Origin: an uncultured virus (IMG/VR IMGVR_UViG_3300032087_004917)
Lineage: Duplodnaviria; Heunggongvirae; Uroviricota; Caudoviricetes
Direction: 5' to 3' (one strand)
DNA length: 20,000 nucleotides
IMG/VR virus record: IMGVR_UViG_3300032087_004917
Shown piece by piece: positions 14,485 to 20,000 of this stretch. Made by a program: the position numbers and the translations under genes. The notes under the pieces are model-generated. The model did not search any database. It saw nothing but the letters and a program-made list of their open reading frames with translations, and was not told the DNA's origin. Each line of letters begins with the position of its first letter. Position 1 is the first letter of the stretch.

Positions 14485-14708
14485 AAACGATGGAGATTAT
14501 GATGAAACCAAATAAAGACTACTATGAACTTCGCCTGTCCGCCGATGAACTTCGCATGATTGATGAATCTCTCAAGCGTGGTCCCATTGACAAAGACAGC
14601 GAAGATGATTACAATCGTCTACGTTGTTTGCTTTCTAAGCATGTCGAAGTGTCGGACGTTATGGACGGCACTATTCCCGAACCAGCCCCGGAGACTATTC
14701 TTCAATGA
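14481..14708 (+). CDS. Hypothetical protein
   Basis: Translationally coupled ORF (ATGA overlaps). Confidence 0.7.
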   Translation: MKTMEIMMKPNKDYYELRLSADELRMIDESLKRGPIDKDSEDDYNRLRCLLSKHVEVSDVMDGTIPEPAPETILQ

Positions 14709-14995
14709 AACCCTCAACCTTTACCGTGTCTGATCATATCGAAGCGATTCGCATGTTCACAACTTTTTACATGTACGAAGATCCCCGAAGTGAAAGTTTT
14801 TTGCAAAATGCACTTCCCGCATGTGCCGCAGCGAAATACATTTCTGATAACTGGGATCACATCTATCCATCTCTTTCTGAAAGGGAAGCGGACGATTTGG
14901 TGAACATGATTGATCGTGCCGCTGATCGCATGGAACAATTCAAGCGTGATTTGTTGAATCAAATGGAAAAGGAGATGGACAATGAGTGGGACTGA
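14705..14995 (+). CDS. Hypothetical protein
   Basis: ATGA overlap, helical composition. Confidence 0.7.
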   Translation: MKPSTFTVSDHIEAIRMFTTFYMYEDPRSESFLQNALPACAAAKYISDNWDHIYPSLSEREADDLVNMIDRAADRMEQFKRDLLNQMEKEMDNEWD

Positions 14996-15242
14996 ATACA
15001 ATAAAAATACCGATCTTGGATTTTCTTTTTTCATTGATGAAAATCATGAAAACAAACCTGCACTTTTTATGTCCGGCGTTGACTGTGAGGAGAAGTCTTG
15101 TGGGTTTACTTTGCATGACCTAAATAACTTTATCAGGTTCCTAGAAGGACAACGTGTTCTTTTGAAAGACCGTTTGAGTGAAGATAAACAAAATTTGCTT
15201 TTTGAAAACGTAAAGGATGAAACAAATGGCGAAAAGAATTGA
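14982..15242 (+). CDS. Hypothetical protein
   Basis: AAGGAG SD; fits the operon packing. Confidence 0.7.
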   Translation: MSGTEYNKNTDLGFSFFIDENHENKPALFMSGVDCEEKSCGFTLHDLNNFIRFLEGQRVLLKDRLSEDKQNLLFENVKDETNGEKN

Positions 15243-15543
15243 CATTACCGAAGAAGATTATGCGATGCTCATGCCCACGGGTGATCGCATTCTGGTGAAG
15301 CGTGACAAGGGTGAAGAAAAAACCGACGCAGGTATTTTTTATGTGAAAGAACAACGCCGCCAAACTGGAATCGTCGTTGCCATTGGTGATGGTGATAGAT
15401 TCGCCGATGGCAAAAGTCGTATCCAACCCGGATCAAAAATTTACTTCTTGGAAGAGGGCTACGTCCCTATCGGTGATTACATGCTCATGCAAGAATCATC
15501 TGTTCTTGGTGTGTTCCACCCAAGCGAAGTAAAGAAAAAATGA
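15226..15543 (+). CDS. groES: GroES/Cpn10-like co-chaperonin (functional analogue of T4 gp31)
   Basis: PTGDRILVKR...EEKTDAGIF...GIVVAIGDG...E..VLG; start 15226 (AAGGA SD) or 15217. Confidence 0.9.
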   Translation: MAKRIDITEEDYAMLMPTGDRILVKRDKGEEKTDAGIFYVKEQRRQTGIVVAIGDGDRFADGKSRIQPGSKIYFLEEGYVPIGDYMLMQESSVLGVFHPSEVKKK

Positions 15544-16382
15544 GACACGAACTGATCGACATTGTTGGTCGAGAGAGCGGAAAGGCTGGACTTGTCCTTG
15601 GATTGGGACCAAGTGTAAATGAAAACTTGGATCTAATCAAAGAGGTAGACTCAAAGGACGATGAGTGGTCGATTGTTTCTTGCAATAGTATCGACCGCCT
15701 GATGCCAGACCTGAGCCATGACTATTGGATCTTGGCACAACCGGCAACAGAGGAAAATGAACAATGCCTTTGTCATGATGAAATGATTCAAAGAATTATT
15801 GACAAAAATGCATTTTGGATCTACACGGACAATCTTGACAGGACACCCAGAGAAGAAGTTGATGAAAAACTCAAAAGTGTAAACTTTGCAGGATACGATC
15901 AACATCATTTTAGAGGTGCTGGTGAGAATGGTCAATGCGGCGCACCGGGACCGTGTTGTGATCGCAATAAAGAAATCCCAAATAGAATTTCCATTCAAGA
16001 TTTGCTCAAAGCCATCTGTGGTCCCGACCCCGAAACTGAGCATGGATCTTATGGCGGGGGAGACACGGTGAGCGTGCATATGTTGGCTCTGTCTGTCATC
16101 TTGGGACTAAACCCGATCTATGCCACTGGTATTGATTTAGATTATACGGGTGGTTATTTTAACAATGAAGTCCAGTTTAAACACGGTCATGGTTTATCAA
16201 TAAAACAAGATAGAAAAATGATGGGATTAATTTCAATCAACAATGATCAAGTAATGACGAGCAGGGTTCTTCGTGATATTAAAATTATTGCAAGAATGGC
16301 AGAAAAAATTGGTACAAAAATTTACGCACTTGATCAAAGTCCCGGCAGACTTCATGAAAGTCTTCCTGTTCAGCGTCCATGA
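15540..16382 (+). CDS. DUF115/MptE-Maf-like Rossmann protein, putative glycosyl(nonulosonate)transferase
   Basis: LVLGLGPSV, IVSCN, G.TVS..ML.L..ILG.NPIY..GIDL.Y motifs. Confidence 0.7.
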   Translation: MRHELIDIVGRESGKAGLVLGLGPSVNENLDLIKEVDSKDDEWSIVSCNSIDRLMPDLSHDYWILAQPATEENEQCLCHDEMIQRIIDKNAFWIYTDNLDRTPREEVDEKLKSVNFAGYDQHHFRGAGENGQCGAPGPCCDRNKEIPNRISIQDLLKAICGPDPETEHGSYGGGDTVSVHMLALSVILGLNPIYATGIDLDYTGGYFNNEVQFKHGHGLSIKQDRKMMGLISINNDQVMTSRVLRDIKIIARMAEKIGTKIYALDQSPGRLHESLPVQRP

Positions 16383-16487
16383 TTCTTTCACTTTTACTTT
16401 GGAACCGTCTAATGATTGCAACAGATTGCCCAAAGATTGTTTACTGTTTTCAGGAAAACAAAATAAACGAATTTTTGTCAACGAGTG

Positions 16488-16515
16488 TTGACACCGTGTT
16501 GATCTAAGGTACAAT
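16488..16515 (+). promoter_or_regulatory. Sigma70-type early promoter
   Basis: TTGACA-16 nt-TACAAT. Confidence 0.7.
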
Positions 16516-16590
16516 CAACATGTAAAAGGAAGTGGCTGGCGGCAGAGTCTCTTCCTTCTCTTGAATCTGCCGTTACTTTAGGAGTTTGTT

Positions 16591-16854
16591 ATGAATAACA
16601 GCAAGACCCGTCAAATCATTCGTTTCCTTGGTACGGGCAAGGATCTTACCACCTCACAAATCCAAAACCAGTTTGGCATTTCTAACGTGTCATCCACCAT
16701 GTCCCGCGTTCGCTCAATCGTGGAGCAGTATGGCAACTGGCGTATGGTCAACACCCCATTGAAGAACGGTAACGGTCAACGCTACTCGTTCAAGCGAGTC
16801 ATCCTCGCCAACCCAATGGTTGACGTTGCTCAAGTCGAATCCGCCCTCGCGTGA
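16591..16854 (+). CDS. Winged-HTH DNA-binding protein
   Basis: AGGAG SD; IIRFLGTGKDLTTSQIQNQFGISNVSSTMSRVR...RY. Confidence 0.8.
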   Translation: MNNSKTRQIIRFLGTGKDLTTSQIQNQFGISNVSSTMSRVRSIVEQYGNWRMVNTPLKNGNGQRYSFKRVILANPMVDVAQVESALA

Positions 16855-16894
16855 TTCGACCCTGTGTTACTTTGGTAGAACAGTAACACCATCA

Positions 16895-16928
16895 GCAGCC
16901 GATTCTGGAAACGGGATCGGCTGCCTTT
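16895..16928 (+). terminator. Strong hairpin, probable terminator or processing stem
   Basis: GCAGCCGATTCTG-GAAA-CGGGATCGGCTGC then CTTT; second hairpin GTGTTACT/AGTAACAC at 16864-16889. Confidence 0.6.
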
Positions 16929-16948
16929 CCGAAAGGAGACAATTGAAT

Positions 16949-17101
16949 ATGGCAGGAAAAGGTGATACATATCGTCCCACGAATCAAAAAAAGTGGGAAT
17001 CAAATTGGGATCTTGCTTTTGGCAAGAAGAAAGGAAAAAAGAATGAGCGAAGTTCAACTGGTAAGACTGGCAAGCGGGGAAGAAATTCTCGCAAAGATTG
17101 A
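16949..17101 (+). CDS. Small basic phage protein (MAGKG..RP...W..NW..AFG)
   Basis: AAGGAG SD; motif recalled from environmental phages. Confidence 0.7.
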   Translation: MAGKGDTYRPTNQKKWESNWDLAFGKKKGKKNERSSTGKTGKRGRNSRKD

Positions 17102-17363
17102 AAACTTGGGAGAGGCACACAAATTTGCCAAACCACACATCATCATCCCTACACAAGCGAAGGGTATTGCTTTGATGCCGTGGTGTCCCTACTCCAACAT
17201 TCAAGAAGAGGGTGTCGTGGTTCCTAATGATAAAATTGTTTTCATTACCACTCCTCACAATGATTTGGTAAAAGAATACACCACGATGGTCACTGGTATC
17301 GAGATGCCAACCGCTGGCGAAGTTGCTGGAACCATCGGCAAGAACCTTTTGACGGAGGATTGA
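17043..17363 (+). CDS. Sm-like fold protein of T4-like phages
   Basis: VQLVRLASGEEILA...P.......IALMPW.PYS...IVF...P...L..EY. Confidence 0.75.
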   Translation: MSEVQLVRLASGEEILAKIENLGEAHKFAKPHIIIPTQAKGIALMPWCPYSNIQEEGVVVPNDKIVFITTPHNDLVKEYTTMVTGIEMPTAGEVAGTIGKNLLTED

Positions 17364-17364
17364 A

Positions 17365-17508
17365 ATGCGAGCAGCACTTGGTGTCGGATTGAAAAGTGGA
17401 ATGGTGTCACGGGGAAAGCCCCGTCGCCCCGGAAAGAAAAAGGCTTGGTCAGTTAGTGGCAAAAGTAAAACTTCTCGATCCGGTAATGGTAAAAAGTTGC
17501 GTTACTGA
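17365..17508 (+). CDS. Small highly basic protein (47 aa)
   Basis: GGAGG SD; MRAALGVGLKSGMVSRGKPRRPGKKKAWSVSGKSKTSRSGNGKKLRY. Confidence 0.65.
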   Translation: MRAALGVGLKSGMVSRGKPRRPGKKKAWSVSGKSKTSRSGNGKKLRY

Positions 17509-17513
17509 TATCT

Positions 17514-17587
17514 GGTCGCGTAGCATAATTGGATAATGCAACGGACTTCTAATCCGTAGATTGCAGGTTCGAGTCCTGCCGCGACTG
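17514..17587 (+). tRNA. trnR: tRNA-Arg(UCU)
   Basis: Full cloverleaf: GGTCGCG/CGCGACT acceptor, ACGGA-CTTCTAA-TCCGT anticodon arm, GCAGG-TTCGAGT-CCTGC T arm, A20; no encoded CCA. Confidence 0.95.
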
Positions 17588-17593
17588 TTAAAA

Positions 17594-17666
17594 GATCTCG
17601 TAACTCAGTTGGTAGAGTACCGGACTTTTAATCCGAGAGTCGTGAGTTCAAGTCTCACCGAGATCA
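17594..17666 (+). tRNA. trnK: tRNA-Lys(UUU)
   Basis: GATCTCG/CGAGATC acceptor, CCGGA-CTTTTAA-TCCGA anticodon arm, GTGAG-TTCAAGT-CTCAC T arm; no encoded CCA. Confidence 0.95.
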
Positions 17667-17711
17667 TTCCTTCGGAGGGCAAAGTTTAATTTTTTTAAAA
17701 AGGAGATAATT

Positions 17712-17864
17712 ATGATTTCAAAAATTTGTTACGGTCTGGGTTTTGCATCGATTGGTCTTTCTATTTTGTCGTATAGTTCTTACGGAATCGATATGGCAAC
17801 CTACATCGGACTCTGGGTTCCATCTTTCTTTCTGGTGGGACAGTATTTTGATCGGAAAAATTGA
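17712..17864 (+). CDS. Small two-TM membrane protein (50 aa)
   Basis: AAGGAG SD; MISKICYGLGFASIGLSILSY...YIGLWVPSFFLVGQYF. Confidence 0.75.
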   Translation: MISKICYGLGFASIGLSILSYSSYGIDMATYIGLWVPSFFLVGQYFDRKN

Positions 17865-18040
17865 TGCCAAACAGTAAACAAAAACTTGCAAAACGAAAGC
17901 ACCGTCAAAGAGCCGCCAGAAAAAAGGCTTTGCGAACAAGTGAAATTTCGAATGCAAAGATTAAAACAATTAATGAACTTTATCGTCAAGGTTCACTTCC
18001 AAAAGAATTACATGAAAGGGTAACGGTGACACGGAAATGA
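17864..18040 (+). CDS. Small basic protein (58 aa)
   Basis: TGATG and ATGA couplings; MPNSKQKLAKRKHRQRAARKKALR... Confidence 0.7.
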   Translation: MPNSKQKLAKRKHRQRAARKKALRTSEISNAKIKTINELYRQGSLPKELHERVTVTRK

Positions 18041-18324
18041 AGGTGGAAAATAAGAATGCCCATCGAGCGGCAGATAAACATTACTTTTTTGCAACCCACG
18101 TTCGGGATGGCGATGGAAGCGGCGATGATGTCGTGATGCTTCTTCTCACTGACAAAGAACTTGAGCGTGCGTCGAAGCGTGCTGAAAAGAACAAAGAAGA
18201 TTTGCCAAAACATTTTGCAATCATTCAAGGTAAAAATGAAGAAGAAACGACTCTTCTTGATGATACCGATGTTGCAGAGCCAAAAAAGTCTACTGGTTTC
18301 TTCGGCTGGTTGATGGGTGACTGA
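18037..18324 (+). CDS. Hypothetical protein (LLLTDxE...RAxxN family, copy 1)
   Basis: THVRDGDG...LLLTDKELERASKRAEKNKED. Confidence 0.8.
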   Translation: MKVENKNAHRAADKHYFFATHVRDGDGSGDDVVMLLLTDKELERASKRAEKNKEDLPKHFAIIQGKNEEETTLLDDTDVAEPKKSTGFFGWLMGD

Positions 18325-18511
18325 AATGTATATTGTCACTCACACTGATGGAAATGGGGTCACCCGAAAACTTCTTTTGAGTGATGCCGAATATCAAGAA
18401 AGCCTTCGCCGCGCACAAGAGAATCCCGGTGACCTGAATCCACAAAAACTTCGTGAGGTCACTGGAGAGAAAAACCTCAACGAACCAAAAAGAGATCAAC
18501 TCAATGGCTAA
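18317..18511 (+). CDS. Hypothetical protein (LLLSDxE...RAxxN family, copy 2)
   Basis: THTDGNG...LLLSDAEYQESLRRAQENPGD. Confidence 0.75.
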   Translation: MTEMYIVTHTDGNGVTRKLLLSDAEYQESLRRAQENPGDLNPQKLREVTGEKNLNEPKRDQLNG

Positions 18512-18689
18512 ACGTCAACTTGACCAATTTGATTTAGAAGCCGAACGCGAAGGGTCTGCCGTTCGTAGGCACACCGTGGTTCGTTCGGCTTGGGGCAAAG
18601 GCACAATCAAGTCCCGCCGTGGGCGTAAGGATGCAGAAGCAGCCATTGAACGCCGTACGGTGAAAGGTTACTACGCAAGGAGCGTATGA
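18504..18689 (+). CDS. Small basic hypothetical protein
   Basis: ATG 18504 overlapping the upstream stop; MAKRQLDQFDLEAER... Confidence 0.7.
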   Translation: MAKRQLDQFDLEAEREGSAVRRHTVVRSAWGKGTIKSRRGRKDAEAAIERRTVKGYYARSV

Positions 18690-18910
18690 TGGGTAAATAC
18701 CACGCACTTGGTTTTAGTCTTATCTTCGCTGCCTTTACGCTTTGGATGCTCGCAATTTACATGCCCCGAGACTTTGTGGATGTCAGCGAGTATGCAAACA
18801 ATATTATTTGGCTTGGCAACGGTGTCGGGCTTGGCTGGCTTTTATGGCTTTATGTTTACATAATTCACAAACTCAAAAAACACTTTAGAGAACTGGGGGA
18901 GGATGACTAA
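18686..18910 (+). CDS. Small two-TM membrane protein
   Basis: AAGGAG SD; two hydrophobic helices. Confidence 0.75.
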   Translation: MMGKYHALGFSLIFAAFTLWMLAIYMPRDFVDVSEYANNIIWLGNGVGLGWLLWLYVYIIHKLKKHFRELGEDD

Positions 18911-19011
18911 TGGTCACTGCAATTTTTACACTTGGTGGATTTACGATTGGTTTGATTCTTGGCGTTTGCTTTGGAACAGGGTTTCTTGATGAATACGGAA
19001 AGCGTTGGTAA
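18910..19011 (+). CDS. Small single-TM protein (33 aa)
   Basis: GGAGG SD; TAATG couplings on both sides; MVTAIFTLGGFTIGLILGVCFGTG... Confidence 0.65.
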   Translation: MVTAIFTLGGFTIGLILGVCFGTGFLDEYGKRW

Positions 19012-19631
19012 TGGGCAAACTCAAATATGGTGTTGGAATTTATGACTTGAGAAGTGATCCTAATTACGTCATACAAAAAAAAATTAATGGAAAAGTTTGG
19101 CGATGTCCATTTTACCGTAAATGGCAAGCCATGATTAGACGTTGCTACGCGGAGGAACACCTTCAATATAAACCCTCCTATCGTGATTGCTCAGTCTGTG
19201 AGGAATGGCAAACTTTTTCCAACTTTATGGCTTGGATGAAATCCCAACGCTGGGAGGGAAAGTGTCTTGACAAAGATATTTTGATTCCCGGCAACAAAGT
19301 CTACTCACCCGAAACTTGCGTTTTTGTCACCAATGAAGTGAATGTTTTACTTTGTAATGGCAGACGTTCTTCCAGAAAAGGAAAATATCCAGTGGGCGTG
19401 AAGTCTCATAAAGGTCATAAAAAGTTGAGTGCGGAGATTTCTAGATATGGGAAAACATGTCATCTTGGATATTTTTACACTGCCGAGGAAGCACATGAAG
19501 TATACAAAAAAGAAAGAATAAAATACATCTTGGAGATTGCAGAAAATCTTACAGAAGATGATACCTCTGATGTTGAAAAAACAAGACAAGGTTTGATTCG
19601 TCATGTTAAGGAAGGATCTTTTTTTAAATGA
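19011..19631 (+). CDS. HNH-type homing endonuclease with C-terminal AP2-like DNA-binding domain
   Basis: Y..W..M..RCY, Y..C.VCEEW..FSNF..W, LDKDIL..GNKVYSPETC.FV...N; then PVGV...HLGYF.TAEEAH. Confidence 0.88.
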   Translation: MGKLKYGVGIYDLRSDPNYVIQKKINGKVWRCPFYRKWQAMIRRCYAEEHLQYKPSYRDCSVCEEWQTFSNFMAWMKSQRWEGKCLDKDILIPGNKVYSPETCVFVTNEVNVLLCNGRRSSRKGKYPVGVKSHKGHKKLSAEISRYGKTCHLGYFYTAEEAHEVYKKERIKYILEIAENLTEDDTSDVEKTRQGLIRHVKEGSFFK

Positions 19632-19675
19632 ATCTACTTGAGTTTTTTGGTTATTGTTTCGCACCCTTTTTGTGC

Positions 19676-19703
19676 TTGACATTGGCGACTGCTTTTGTAG
19701 TAT
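19676..19703 (+). promoter_or_regulatory. Sigma70-type early promoter
   Basis: TTGACA-16 nt-TAGTAT. Confidence 0.65.
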
Positions 19704-19725
19704 GGTATGTAAAGGATAACTCATA

Positions 19726-19833
19726 ATGAATGGAAACGAATACGACATTATCGAAATGATTGACATCCTTCGTTGGTACTGGCATCCTGCGTTTTTTGTG
19801 ATGCTGCTTAGGTATCTTTCAAGTATCGGATAA
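19726..19833 (+). CDS. Small hypothetical protein (35 aa)
   Basis: AAGGA SD downstream of the promoter. Confidence 0.55.
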   Translation: MNGNEYDIIEMIDILRWYWHPAFFVMLLRYLSSIG

Positions 19834-19851
19834 ACCACAACGGAGTAAAAA

Positions 19852-20000
19852 ATGAATTGTATTGATTGTGGAAACGTGATTCCCGCTGCTCGTCTTGAGG
19901 CTGTTCCCGGCACTCACCATTGTGTGAAGTGTGTGGACAAGCATATTCCTGAGCGTAAGGGTTACATGATTTACGGTCACAAGACCGCAGGTGAAATCGT
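19852..20000 (+). CDS. TraR/DksA C4-type zinc-finger protein (partial)
   Basis: GGAG SD; MNCIDCGNVIPAARLEAVPGTHHCVKC. Confidence 0.85.
   Translation, partial: MNCIDCGNVIPAARLEAVPGTHHCVKCVDKHIPERKGYMIYGHKTAGEI

Noticed and set aside
19011..19631. Intron-encoded endonuclease / group I intron
   Set aside because: Free-standing, translationally coupled to a small upstream gene, with no interrupted host gene or intron core seen; ordinary for T4-like phages
1..20000. Stop-codon reassignment
   Set aside because: Genes pack tightly under the standard code with TAA/TGA stops and no recognisable gene is broken by in-frame stops; no suppressor tRNA in the window

Overview
A 20-kb segment of a large T4-like (myovirus-type) dsDNA bacteriophage genome. 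The host is inferred to be an environmental Gram-negative bacterium with the PEP-CTERM/exosortase system, possibly of the PVC group. Left part (1-6.2 kb, mostly minus strand): late-type genes with TATAAATA-like motifs. They include two Lys-rich 'polyproteins' whose modules are separated by a repeated acidic EDVQ(L/I/V)DE linker resembling prohead-protease sites, an FmdB zinc ribbon, an HExxH protein and an invertebrate-type (destabilase) lysozyme. A plus-strand cassette encoding a poly-Glu PEP-CTERM protein sits among them. Centre (6.3-10.2 kb): a divergent CobT-like VWA / CobS-like MoxR AAA+ pair flanking a 408-bp non-coding region with nested inverted repeats, about 10 iteron-like TGNCGYAAAA copies and leaderless promoters. 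Right part (10.2-20 kb, plus strand): densely packed early/middle genes. These include HTH proteins, four small 'AR..W' paralogs, a COG4997 NTP pyrophosphohydrolase, a Mom-like GNAT, GroES, a DUF115/Maf-like transferase, an Sm-like protein, tRNA-Arg(UCU), tRNA-Lys(UUU), an HNH-AP2 homing endonuclease and a TraR/DksA-type zinc finger. All family calls come from motif recognition by eye, not database searches.
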